DNA of 64,000 nucleotides from Veleropilina oligotropha (Eukaryota): NCBI GenBank assembly GCA_048128005.1, contig JBEUKZ010000084.1, positions 186,001 to 250,000 of the forward strand, read 5' to 3'. Shown piece by piece: positions 50,401 to 59,746 of this stretch (position 1 is its first letter; each line of letters starts with the position of its first letter). The notes under the pieces were generated by a model. It saw only the letters and a program-made list of their open reading frames with translations, ran no database searches and was not told where the DNA came from. The position numbers and the translations under genes were made by a program.

Positions 50401-51272
50401 CATCGGCTTTGCACGATGTCAAGGCGCGGATGTGGTGCGCTAATGACCAGCAACAGCTCCACGTCTTCAGAGATAAGTTGGCCGCGACGCCGTTCGTAGA
50501 AGCTGTAGAGCGCACCAATCCCGATGACATCTGGATCTGCTCCACGAATGCTCTAGGCGCGCAGGTCCAGACCCAGCTGCTCCGGCAGCACAGAAGGATA
50601 CCCCCCCGGCTTCCTGCTAATATTCGATTCGACCCAGACGATAGCATCTCGTACCGGTACCGCAAGCAGGGTCGGCCGATACAGATACCAGGTAGTCGAG
50701 AAATCGTGCCGGCCTATCGAGGGACCATCGTCAAAGTCCCCCTTGGACTAGTCGAGAATGGGTTACCGCTTGAGTGGAAATATGCGGGGTGGGGGACGGT
50801 GCATAGGGTGCAAGGGAAGACCATCCAACCACCCAGGCGCCTATACATCGTCGACCACGGTCTGAGCGGTTGGGTGAGCAACGCCGTCTACACCGCAGTG
50901 AGCCGGGCCCGGTTGATGGATCAGATTGTACGGGTTCTGCCGCCTGACGACGCTCCGGGTGATATAACTCCCACCGATCAGCAGGCCACATCTTCGCGAG
51001 AGCTCATCGCCGCAAGGCTCAAGCGTTACGTGGTTGAGGATCACCAAAAGCAATGGCCCCAATACACGGGAGCACACCATACGCTCACCGTCAATCACGT
51101 GCTCGACATGATCGACGCCGCAGAAAAGAAGTGTGTGGTCTGCCATCGTACTCTCCTTCTCCAGGGCTACACGAAATGCCACGGGCAGACGTTCAGCATC
51201 GACCGCCTGGATGACAGTCAGGGTCACTACAGGTGGAACGTCCGGTTGACATGCCTGTCCTGTAATCGTTGA
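47429..51272 (+). pseudogene. Large replication fusion protein (Rho-N/HEH-like, vOTU-like, degenerate PolB palm, SF1 helicase, HNH/EndoVII-like Zn finger), two frameshifts
   Basis: ORFs 47429..47860, 48049..49482 (frame open from at least 47821) and 49353..51272 join at the C-run 47840-47847 and near 49340. Motifs SLRELRNLARDYGI, NCFVRCV...NNHAW, LDMRAAY, VCTDAIY, GQGGSGKT, VIDE, GDMGQIPP, TVHRVQGKT, YTAVSRAR, CVVC...SIDRLDDSQGH...CLSCN. Confidence 0.78.
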
Positions 51273-51280
51273 CACAAGCA

Positions 51281-52261
51281 TTAGGCAGGTCTCAGCTGCG
51301 ACCATGTGAACCCATGCTTTGAGAATGGCGTGTAGTAGAGCGCGGGTTGGTGGGGTTCCGATACGCGACGGCGAATCAGGTAGGGCTTATGTGTCCACCA
51401 TGGATCCGTTGCACGACGGCGCCCGGTATCTTTCGGGTCTTCTTCGTTTGTGGTGAGGTAAACCATCATGCCGATAGGTAACACCGTTTCGGGTGTGGTG
51501 GGGGGTGGTTTGGACGCCACTAGCGGAACCTGTGACATGTTGGCTGCCTTCGCTGGAGGAAGACCAGTCAGTCGTGTCGGCGTCGCATTCATATCTGCTA
51601 CTACAGCTGGAAGAACGGACACCCACTGGTGGTTGTCCCGGCCGCTGCTCAGCTCTTCATGCGCTTGCTTCCTGAATAGTCGTTCAGCCAGCCGGCGATT
51701 GAATGACTCAACAAATGCCTGCGATCGGTGATGACCTGGCTCTGCGCGTCGTATATCAACTCCGTGCTTCCCTAGAAGAGTGGATACTTCCCCCTTGAAT
51801 TCGTGCCCGTCATCCACCATTAGCGTTTTTGGCCAGGATAAGCGGGACGGGTTGGTCTTGTAGATGCCAGCAAACGCCTTAGCTACCTCGCTGGCCGATT
51901 TCGATGTTAGTGGTCTGGCCGCCTTGTAGCGAGAGGCCACGTCGACCAAGGTCAACGCATACTTGTACGTTTTACGGCCGACCTTGTCATGTGGGAGGTA
52001 GAGAAGATCGGCCTGGTGGATCACACCGGGCCTGTCCTCTGTGAAACGGGCAAATACCTCTCTAGGGGGTTTCGTCTGCATGTACCGACCAACCTCCTGT
52101 GTCGAGAGCCACGCCCGGATTCTTTTTATTGAGGCTGCGCCTTTTGGAAGCCTTGAGTGCAGAGCTGAGACGCCCTGGAACCCCGCCTCTGCGTAGTAGT
52201 ACTTGCGGAGGGTTTCGTCGAGTTCTTTAGCCGTCAGGGGCTTCTGTCTCTTCGCTGACAT
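51281..52261 (-). CDS. Retroviral-like (rve) DDE integrase of Polinton type
   Basis: HQADL, LTLVDVASRY, MVDDGHEF and VESFNRRL catalytic-core motifs; intact ORF, probable ATG at 52261. Confidence 0.93.
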   Translation of the reverse strand: MSAKRQKPLTAKELDETLRKYYYAEAGFQGVSALHSRLPKGAASIKRIRAWLSTQEVGRYMQTKPPREVFARFTEDRPGVIHQADLLYLPHDKVGRKTYKYALTLVDVASRYKAARPLTSKSASEVAKAFAGIYKTNPSRLSWPKTLMVDDGHEFKGEVSTLLGKHGVDIRRAEPGHHRSQAFVESFNRRLAERLFRKQAHEELSSGRDNHQWVSVLPAVVADMNATPTRLTGLPPAKAANMSQVPLVASKPPPTTPETVLPIGMMVYLTTNEEDPKDTGRRRATDPWWTHKPYLIRRRVSEPHQPALYYTPFSKHGFTWSQLRPA

Positions 52262-52490
52262 CGAGACCAGCAATGTATTCCAGCAACGTGATCAGTCTCC
52301 AACAGGCTTCAGCTTCCGGAGCCGGTCGCTGCGCAGTCGTCGCCCGTAGGTTGGTCGGGCCCGAGAGCACCAGGACCGCGAACCGCACCATAGTCTTTTC
52401 GTTGCGCCGCCAACAGTCGAGTGACGTAGTACCAAGGCCCACCCCGCTGACCGCAAGCATGGCGCAGTACAGCTCTTCTGGGAGCCCCAT
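52227..52490 (-). CDS. Hypothetical 87-aa protein
   Basis: ATG directly after TATATA; fills the gap between two clear genes; no recognised motif. Confidence 0.3.
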   Translation of the reverse strand: MGLPEELYCAMLAVSGVGLGTTSLDCWRRNEKTMVRFAVLVLSGPTNLRATTAQRPAPEAEACWRLITLLEYIAGLDVSEETEAPDG

Positions 52491-52527
52491 TATATAGGCA
52501 CACGAAAAAAATGTCCACTGTAAATAA

Positions 52528-52956
52528 TTAGGCGAGCTTGTAGGCTACCAACCCGGTCGCAGCCATCCCCAGGATGACGAAGGTGATCTCACGTCCCTTC
52601 TGGTCATCACTAGGCGTGTAGTAGTCGGACAGGTCGGGCTCAGGGCCACCTCCCAGGCCGGGGTCAAGGTTCTTGCCGGTGATCAAGGCATACTCACGGA
52701 TCGCGGCGTCAACATCCCGGAATGTGCCAACGGCATGACCCTGGCGGCGAAGTTCAACGTTCAGCCAGTCGAGACGCTCTGCCCTCTTTTGGGACCATTT
52801 AGTCTGAGCAGCGTTGAGCTGCTCTACGGCTTTGTCGTGGCGTTTACGCTCCTCATCAACACCGGAGCTGCGTAGCTTCGATAACAGGAAGTTTGACCCG
52901 CTGAAGGCGAGGGCGTTGACGAGAGCGCCCCCAACCAGCATCGCAATGGAAGCCAT
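52528..52956 (-). CDS. Small membrane protein (hydrophobic N-terminus, coiled coil, C-terminal TM)
   Basis: MASIAMLVGGALVNALAFSGS...EERKRHDKAVEQL...ITFVILGMAATGLVAYKLA; part of a tightly packed minus-strand gene run. Confidence 0.75.
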   Translation of the reverse strand: MASIAMLVGGALVNALAFSGSNFLLSKLRSSGVDEERKRHDKAVEQLNAAQTKWSQKRAERLDWLNVELRRQGHAVGTFRDVDAAIREYALITGKNLDPGLGGGPEPDLSDYYTPSDDQKGREITFVILGMAATGLVAYKLA

Positions 52957-52987
52957 TGAAGTGCTGCGATTATCTAGCAAGGTCACA

Positions 52988-53227
52988 CTACTTCAAAACG
53001 TCGGCCGGAATGATGCCTTGCTTGATCAGCATGTCTTTCGTCGCCATGGCGAGCGCTACGTCGAGGACGACCATCCCGATATCGTACCCCGTGAAGTCCA
53101 GCTTGGGGCTCGCCCCCTTGAATACCATTTTTCCCAGGCGTGCGTAGCCGATGGCAAGGCCTGACACTATAGCTGAGTGATAGACGGCGTTGCCGAGCAT
53201 CTTTCCGTCAGTAATCGGGGTAGTCAT
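52988..53227 (-). CDS. Small hydrophobic 79-aa viral protein
   Basis: ATG-initiated, two hydrophobic segments, abuts both neighbours. Confidence 0.7.
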   Translation of the reverse strand: MTTPITDGKMLGNAVYHSAIVSGLAIGYARLGKMVFKGASPKLDFTGYDIGMVVLDVALAMATKDMLIKQGIIPADVLK

Positions 53228-53239
53228 GTTGTACTGCTA

Positions 53240-53736
53240 CTATCGCATATGGAACGGGTTGTGCTCATTCTTCAATTCGGTGGTGGCCCTTGGGGTGGTA
53301 GGCTGCCTCGCCTGTGCTAGTGGCTGTTGATGTGGTATGGATGGACCACTGCTGCGTTTCCAGACAACAAATAGCAACGCAACCCCGCCTGCAGCGAAGA
53401 GTCCATAGGTCCAATTAAATGCTGGGGTGGGGAGGTCCGATTTCCGGCCCGTGCGAACGTCGTTTTCGACCGCGGTCACCTCGGCCGCCGGGGGGCACCA
53501 CTGTGTTTTTGTTGTTGGGGTTGTGCCTCCGGTAGTTCTGGAACTGTGCGGGTGTCTTCCTTAAGTTTTCGAACCTCGGCAAGCAGCCTCTCCTGCTTGG
53601 CTTTTCTCGCAGCAGCTCCGGCCCTCCCTGCAGCCACCTTCTTAGGGTCCTTCCCCGAAGAAGAGGTCACCCTCTCTATCGTCTCTATCGGCTGGGTCAC
53701 CCTCTCTATCGGCTGGTCCGTTTCCGGCGTCGTCAT
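53240..53736 (-). pseudogene. Basic/low-complexity protein with single TM (frameshift in homopolymer near 53489-53495)
   Basis: MTTPETDQ...KDPKKVAAGRAGAAARKAK joins WTYGLFAAGGVALLFVVWKR if one base is added in the run. Confidence 0.65.
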
Positions 53737-54400
53737 CTTGATCTCGCTCTCGCTCTCGCGATATTTTGGGCGGGCCGACGTGTCCAAATCGGCAGTGCTT
53801 AGCCGTGGTCAGCGCGGCAGTCAACAGCGCGAGATACGAGCCGTACTGATGATAAAGCTCACAGCTTGCGGTGCACAGGGCATGTGAGATGAACGGGTCT
53901 GCCTCCAGGTCGGCGATCAGCCGTGGCTGGCTTTCCCGTGGGATGGGCAGGAACATCCCCGCTACACCCGCATAGAGATGAATCGCCGCAGTCCCGAGGG
54001 TTTTCGTCATCTCGGCACCGAGCCTCGCTTCGTACCGTGCGTGGTGTTTGTCGATCTCATCATCGGTCATCTCGTCGATCCGGTCAATTGTGAGGTTGCG
54101 CCCCAAGTATCTGTGGGCCTGTCCTCCAACGGCTAGCGCGGCAAGCCTCTCCCGCTTCTTTGCGGTGCCTACGGAGTTACTGACATGTTCCTCGCCGGAG
54201 GTCGTCGAGCGGGGTGGGCCGGTGACGGTCGTTTCTTGTTCGTCGTTCATGAGTTGGTCGAGAAGGCTGTCCATCCTTAAGCGTTTCCAACATCGCCTCG
54301 CCGGTCTAATATAACAGTACAGCCAGTACCACCCCCCCACGAGTAGCAGCAACATCAGGCTCTGGCTGCAAGCAAAAGCTATATATACAGCGTCCGACAT
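53642..54400 (-). CDS. Hypothetical alpha-helical viral protein (up to 252 aa; start uncertain)
   Basis: Long open frame in the same-strand gene run; may start at MSDAV (TM-like leader) or at MDSLLDQ. Confidence 0.7.
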   Translation of the reverse strand: MSDAVYIAFACSQSLMLLLLVGGWYWLYCYIRPARRCWKRLRMDSLLDQLMNDEQETTVTGPPRSTTSGEEHVSNSVGTAKKRERLAALAVGGQAHRYLGRNLTIDRIDEMTDDEIDKHHARYEARLGAEMTKTLGTAAIHLYAGVAGMFLPIPRESQPRLIADLEADPFISHALCTASCELYHQYGSYLALLTAALTTAKHCRFGHVGPPKISRERERDQDDDAGNGPADREGDPADRDDREGDLFFGEGP

Positions 54401-54434
54401 GCTGGGTAGATGCTCAGTAGATGCCTGGTAGATG

Positions 54435-55085
54435 CTACAGCTTGCTACAGCACACTATAAGCAACGGGCTGGTCAGTTTCAACAGAAGCTTTGTGTGTTT
54501 TGTCTCGGCCAGCAAAGCCCTCACCGCGGTCCTTTCATCCTGCGACGGGATTACGTCGTTCTCGCGGAGTGCATCCTCGAAGGAGTCCCGGTCCTTACAA
54601 TGAAACAGCGCGATCCAGGGGGTCTGCTCTCGCAGCTCCTTCAGGACCGAGTTGTACTTCTGCGTCACTACCCATACGCTCTGTTCGGCATGCCTGCCGC
54701 TGAAGGCCAACGCAGTCAACATATCCCGCTTTTTGGCAAGGGCTTTGCTGGCGGCGCAGTCGTCGATAATATACAGGGTCGACTCCCCCTGAAAAAGCCG
54801 GTAGAACCCCCGCAACCAGTCATGGAGTCGCTCACCAGGGGGGATTATGTACACCTCCGGGTCAGTCCAGATCCACGGACAGGACTGGTATGCCTTGTTA
54901 AACTTGATCGTGGGGCAGAGGATCACGATATGCCTGAACACCCCTCGATAGACCCCTTTCAGCAGTTCAAGCATGAAAACCGTCTTCCCACAGCCCGTCT
55001 GGCCGCAGATAATCGCGGAGTGGGGGTCCTTGGGGTGCGGAAACCGCCTACTAGTACAGTGCGGTGACAAATCGGCCATTCTCAA
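54435..55085 (-). CDS. FtsK-HerA family (A32-like) genome packaging ATPase
   Basis: Walker A GQTGCGKT, Walker B YIIDD, arginine-finger SGRH followed by VVTQ; adjacent to the MCP. Confidence 0.92.
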   Translation of the reverse strand: MRMADLSPHCTSRRFPHPKDPHSAIICGQTGCGKTVFMLELLKGVYRGVFRHIVILCPTIKFNKAYQSCPWIWTDPEVYIIPPGERLHDWLRGFYRLFQGESTLYIIDDCAASKALAKKRDMLTALAFSGRHAEQSVWVVTQKYNSVLKELREQTPWIALFHCKDRDSFEDALRENDVIPSQDERTAVRALLAETKHTKLLLKLTSPLLIVCCSKL

Positions 55086-56355
55086 TATTGAGCTGCGCGT
55101 CCATAACGATGTACTGATAAACGTTCAACGGGCCGGCTGCCTCGCCTATCTTAGTTATCTGGATGGTGATGCCTTCGCTGCCGTTATCTACCTTCCGGCC
55201 AGAGCCGTGCAGCCCGTCGTCGTCGGTGACCCGCAAATCGATCCATAAAGCATACTTTTTCGTTAAGAACTGGCCCAGGGTCACGTCTGCCAAAGCCAAA
55301 TCCTTGGCAACCAACGCCACCTCAGGATGCCTCTTACTGATCGGATTGGAGGCAAACAGCTTCCTGGCTTCGTCCCACATCTGGTGGGAACGCATGACCT
55401 GGCTGTATATTTGGTTCGGAACCCCCTCTATAGTTATCTCCACATTGGTGATTTTCGGGTTGTAGAAGGCCTCAGTGTCCCTGGCAAATGGTGCGGCGTC
55501 TCTCGCGGGATCCTCGAACAGAAGTAAGATCCCCTTCATGGATCTCGCCGGAACGTTCACATTCAAATTCCACAGAGTGTCGCTTTTGTCCCTGGTGAGC
55601 TTACGATACCGCAGGACACGATCGTAAAGGATGGCGATACGGCCCGAGTACTGGTTACTAATTAGCCTGGCCAGATCTACCTGGGTGACCATGTCATACT
55701 CCAGGCTAATATTGTCGATGCTGTAGCTGGAACTGGGGTCATCGGTGTCCCTGATCGTCCTTGAGTGGTCGTTGAAGGTGAGCTGGTACTCAAGACGGTC
55801 TCCAAGGGCACTCTGGTAGAACGGCATATGGCTCTCCAGCAACTCGAAATCCAGCGGGATGCGGAACCTTGGGCCGTACGCGTCCGAGATGGCCGTGTCC
55901 TCAGAACGTCTGAAGGCGCCCTCAGCGCCGACACGGTTCTTCGTAGCGTTGCATCCGTCGCTAGTATCGATACCCTGGTAGTGGGCGCTGTTACGTTCCT
56001 GTGGTGTCTTCCAGAGATCGCAGTAGCAGTGATACACGTCGGAGTCATCAATCGATAAGATTTCGTTTCCACTGATCTTTATCGTGGTCTTTTTGACCAC
56101 GGCGCGTCCGATGTTCTGAACTACGGTCCTGTTCGGGTTAACCGAGGTCAGAGAAATGGTGAATGCGAGGTGGGCAGTCCCTGGTACGATAACGTCGTGA
56201 GCCCCGAGATTGGGAAACCGCACCAACAGTTGTTGGTTTGCGGCGATCGTGGACGGGTTATTTGTTATGGTGACCGACTGGCGGATACCTTTGACCCCAA
56301 GAGGCTCTCGCAGTCTGCGGTATGGATCAAGCGTGCGTCCGTATTGGCTGGCCAT
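55051..56355 (-). CDS. Major capsid protein (double jelly-roll type), copy B, 434 aa
   Basis: Size, beta-strand pattern (LEYQLTF, ISLEYDMV, VEITIEG, LWIDLR, ITIQITK, YIVMDAQLNI), position beside the packaging ATPase and strong conservation with copy A. The fold is inferred, not computed. Confidence 0.82.
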   Translation of the reverse strand: MASQYGRTLDPYRRLREPLGVKGIRQSVTITNNPSTIAANQQLLVRFPNLGAHDVIVPGTAHLAFTISLTSVNPNRTVVQNIGRAVVKKTTIKISGNEILSIDDSDVYHCYCDLWKTPQERNSAHYQGIDTSDGCNATKNRVGAEGAFRRSEDTAISDAYGPRFRIPLDFELLESHMPFYQSALGDRLEYQLTFNDHSRTIRDTDDPSSSYSIDNISLEYDMVTQVDLARLISNQYSGRIAILYDRVLRYRKLTRDKSDTLWNLNVNVPARSMKGILLLFEDPARDAAPFARDTEAFYNPKITNVEITIEGVPNQIYSQVMRSHQMWDEARKLFASNPISKRHPEVALVAKDLALADVTLGQFLTKKYALWIDLRVTDDDGLHGSGRKVDNGSEGITIQITKIGEAAGPLNVYQYIVMDAQLNIENGRFVTALY

Positions 56356-56397
56356 GTTGTTAGCTGAATTAGATGCGTAATCTGCGTTTGTATTCAA

Positions 56398-57723
56398 ATG
56401 GCGGAATTCCCGAACGCCGCATTCGAGATTGATGATTTCATCGACAACGATGATCTCATCAACAACGATGATACCATCATCGACGATATTGATGTGGATA
56501 GATCCGCCGACCGGGTTATGCCGGCGCCACAGGAAGGAACCAGCAGTCAGAGGCAAAAGCTTGTGAAGGACGCAGTTGATGACTACTACGACGCCCTGGC
56601 ACGGGAGGGGCAGACCCTGCCCCCGTATCGTGATTATGCCCAGTTCGAGTATGTGGATGGGGAGGGATTGCGGCTGAAGAAATATCCACGCATCGATCTC
56701 ATTAATTCGAAAACTAAAAAACCAAATGCTTTGTCAACGATAGCTAACCGGCGTGATGGGGGTAAAGCCATCAGGAAGGGTTTGGGATTCGCAGAATGGA
56801 AGCGGCCAGAGAAGCGGGGGAAAGGGGGACAGAAGAAGCTGGCCTCAAAAGCCGTCGCAGCTTTTCAGACCGCCGACAATGAGTTGAGCGGTGCGGCGGC
56901 CAACGTAGACAACGTGGAACTGCGGGACTTGGGGCAGACAGCTACTGAGGCATCAGTAGCAATCCACACAATGGAGACGACGTTCACAGATGCTGAGGTT
57001 GAAGAGATCTTAGGCACAATGGGGGACCCTCCATTAAACCTCCGCGAGCTTCGCGGACTTGACAAGGCGATGCAGACCATCCGAGGCGAGCTAACGAATA
57101 ATCTAGCCAAGCTAACGGCGCTGGACGAACAGATAGCCCTGGAGAAGAGGAAGCTCGATCAGGCAGATGGAGAGGGGGGTGTGGATGAGTTTGTTCGTCG
57201 ACGGATCGCGGAACGTCTTCGCAACTTACAGGATGAACGAGAAGCTCGCCTAGAGGCAGCCTCATCAAGCCGGGAAGCCCTTCGCTCTCAGATCAGCCGG
57301 ATCCGAGAGATGTTGAGTCGGATTCTCAACTCTGACACAACGCTCGCCGAGCGTATCCGGACCCTATTCCGCGAGCAGGGGGTCACGATTGTGACTATAC
57401 TGACCGCGATCGGGTTGGCTATCTCGACTTTGGTACTAGCCCTAACAGGCGGAGCGCCGAGCATCGCACCAACACCACCACCTCCCAGTGGTCAGGGGGG
57501 GGTCAAGGAGTGGGTCAAAAAGCAGCTGCAGAACCTGGGTCGGATTCTAGGCAAACTAGCGGGGAAGGCCGCTGCGGCACTCCCAGGCATGATTGGAAGG
57601 CTGATTTCCTGGCTATTCAATCTGGTTGGCAAGACTGCGTCGTGGCTCGCCGAGAATCTGTGGGCTGTGATTATATCTGTTGGGGGCTTGCTTCTTATTG
57701 CCGCTAGACAGTGGGTCACGTAA
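56398..57723 (+). CDS. 441-aa acidic N-terminus / coiled-coil / membrane-segment protein
   Basis: Intact ORF with a heptad-rich centre, TM segment VTIVTILTAIGLAISTLVLAL, polyproline linker, amphipathic helices and a C-terminal hydrophobic segment. Confidence 0.85.
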   Translation: MAEFPNAAFEIDDFIDNDDLINNDDTIIDDIDVDRSADRVMPAPQEGTSSQRQKLVKDAVDDYYDALAREGQTLPPYRDYAQFEYVDGEGLRLKKYPRIDLINSKTKKPNALSTIANRRDGGKAIRKGLGFAEWKRPEKRGKGGQKKLASKAVAAFQTADNELSGAAANVDNVELRDLGQTATEASVAIHTMETTFTDAEVEEILGTMGDPPLNLRELRGLDKAMQTIRGELTNNLAKLTALDEQIALEKRKLDQADGEGGVDEFVRRRIAERLRNLQDEREARLEAASSSREALRSQISRIREMLSRILNSDTTLAERIRTLFREQGVTIVTILTAIGLAISTLVLALTGGAPSIAPTPPPPSGQGGVKEWVKKQLQNLGRILGKLAGKAAAALPGMIGRLISWLFNLVGKTASWLAENLWAVIISVGGLLLIAARQWVT

Positions 57724-59001
57724 GCCAAATGAACGCTAGGCCAACAACAATGCCGCCCACGATAAGTGCGGTCTTCTCCTCGTCATGTGAGGCAGCCCCC
57801 GCGGCTGAAACAGCTTCCCCCCCCGGGCCTCGTCGTTTAGATGCTTCGGAGCATCTGCCCGTAAGACTGCGTCTTGTGGGACGACTAGTCCTTTCTCTCC
57901 AGTCTCCCCAGCGGCGTTGGGTGGAATACTGGCCGCGTTGACGGTCGTATTAAGACCGAGTGTCTGGTCTTCCGTGGCGACGACGATCTCGTTGTTATAA
58001 CCAGACACCTGACCTATTCGCAGGAGCATGTCACTAGGCGCCATGTACAGGCCAACGCCGAAGACGTAGTCTACCTTGGACCTCGCATACTGTAGCACCT
58101 CCTGGTACCTTTTGATTGCTGATGGCAGGTCCACTGGTGACGAGATGGCATCTTCCACGTTGGCCAGGGACTGTTTCTGCGCGTCAAATTCCGTCCCACT
58201 ACCCAGAATACTTGCACGCGTTTGAGCCTGCGCTCCGAGAATCGCCCAGACGTAGGTCCTGATGGAATCATTGAGCCTTTCCACGCCGGCCTGGGTAAAC
58301 CCCACCGACCTGTCCAGGATGAAGGAAGCCCAACCGTTTGTAAGCGCAGGCGCTTGCGCGAGGTAGTCCACGTGTAGATTCGAGTTGGTCGTACCTTTGG
58401 TGAAGGACATTCGACTGGGGTCATACTCACGTCCTATCGGGTGGTAGCCGTTGTTCGTCCAGTAGCTGAAAGCGGTGCCTAGTCCGCCGTTGGGACCCTT
58501 GACACGCCAGTCGGTATGTGGTGACACTCCGAATTCGCTGCAGATCTTCTCATATGCCCTTCGATCATACGGGGTGTCGAATGCATCCCACGTCCGGTCT
58601 TGAGGCAGCAGCGCCTGAATTTCGGACAAGAGCCTCCTGACCTGATAGTAAACATGGAAGGTGAATACGGCTCTGGAGAGGGGGTCGGTCGCATTCAAGT
58701 GGTCTTCTGAGGAGATCCCGGAACCTGTTGTGGCACACCATACGGCGAAGTTGACCTTGTTCTGCCAGAACCGCATCGGTGTGCTGTGCCAATCCCGTAT
58801 TAGCCGATCACTCGCGACGTGAGGGAGGCGGTATTTTTGAAAGACGTCGGGGTAGTCTGCCCCGAATGCAGGATGGGGAGATTCAGACGAGGAGACAACG
58901 ACGCGTGGTTTTGTAAGCTGCTCATCCTTTATCCGGGCTGGGTACACCACACCGGTCGGATAGGCTGCACTCCTATTGAATACAAAGGCGCTCTTAGCCA
59001 T
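57716..59001 (-). CDS. Conserved viral protein of unknown function, copy B (frameshift in C-run 57817-57824 near the C-terminus)
   Basis: Homolog of 2450-3730; one added base restores the TM tail TALIVGGIVVGLAFIWLT*. Confidence 0.8.
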
Positions 59002-59005
59002 AGCT

Positions 59006-59746
59006 ATGTTCCACACATTAACGAGTGTTCAAGAGGGGACCGCGGTTGCCCTCCTGCAACCCATTGATAACCGGGAAGGCAAACTCTGTGTCAGTTTGCA
59101 GTCGCTCGACTATTGGGTGGGCTGGCACAACGTGCATGCCGGAGCCTTCTTTAAGACCCCCGATACCACGGTAGAGGTGGCACCGGGTTTCTACAGCTTC
59201 GATGACCTCGCCAAGACGATGAAGAGGTCGCTAAAGAACATACAGCTAGATGTAAGCCATGCTACGGGACTCGCGCGACTCGTGGTCCCAGAGGGGACCC
59301 GACTCGCGATAAGCGACGACATCAGGAAGCTCCTCGGCTTAAACCTTTCTTCGTTCATCCTCGATAAATCGGGGAATCTGAACCCACCCCTTCGCTCTGT
59401 ACGGGGGGGCAGACCTCCCCCTCCGGAGAGATCCGAGTGGCTACGTCCCGGGACATATGACGGGAACAAGCCGGTAGGGTTTGCCATAGCGCCGACCCTA
59501 CACGTTCACCTGGAGCAGCTCAGTACAACACACAATGTGACGGACGGCGCCCCGAGCAACATTCTAGCGGTGGTCCCTATCACGTCGCAGATATTCGGTG
59601 AAGCTGGCCACTATCATAGCTATCCCGCCGGCCGGAGACTACAGGCTGGGGTTCTCACAGAATTGAAGGTGTACGTCACAGACGCAGATGGTAACCCGAT
59701 CGACAATCACGGCATGCCCATTACCGCAGTCCTTACGATACAATGA
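59006..59746 (+). CDS. Minor capsid (penton-like) protein, copy B, 246 aa
   Basis: WHNV, PGFYSFDDL, NILAVVP and ELKVYVTDADGNPIDNHG patterns resemble Polinton-type minor capsid proteins. Confidence 0.75.
   Translation: MFHTLTSVQEGTAVALLQPIDNREGKLCVSLQSLDYWVGWHNVHAGAFFKTPDTTVEVAPGFYSFDDLAKTMKRSLKNIQLDVSHATGLARLVVPEGTRLAISDDIRKLLGLNLSSFILDKSGNLNPPLRSVRGGRPPPPERSEWLRPGTYDGNKPVGFAIAPTLHVHLEQLSTTHNVTDGAPSNILAVVPITSQIFGEAGHYHSYPAGRRLQAGVLTELKVYVTDADGNPIDNHGMPITAVLTIQ

Noticed and set aside
49900..50950. Pif1-like helicase as an autonomous Helitron
   Set aside because: No HUH Rep motifs; it lies inside TIRs with a TSD, integrase and capsid genes.
56356..56556. 67-aa N-terminal extension of the MCP in the ORF track
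   Set aside because: Overlaps the divergent 441-aa gene antisense and is not in frame in copy A; the conserved start is ATG 56355 (1164 in copy A).
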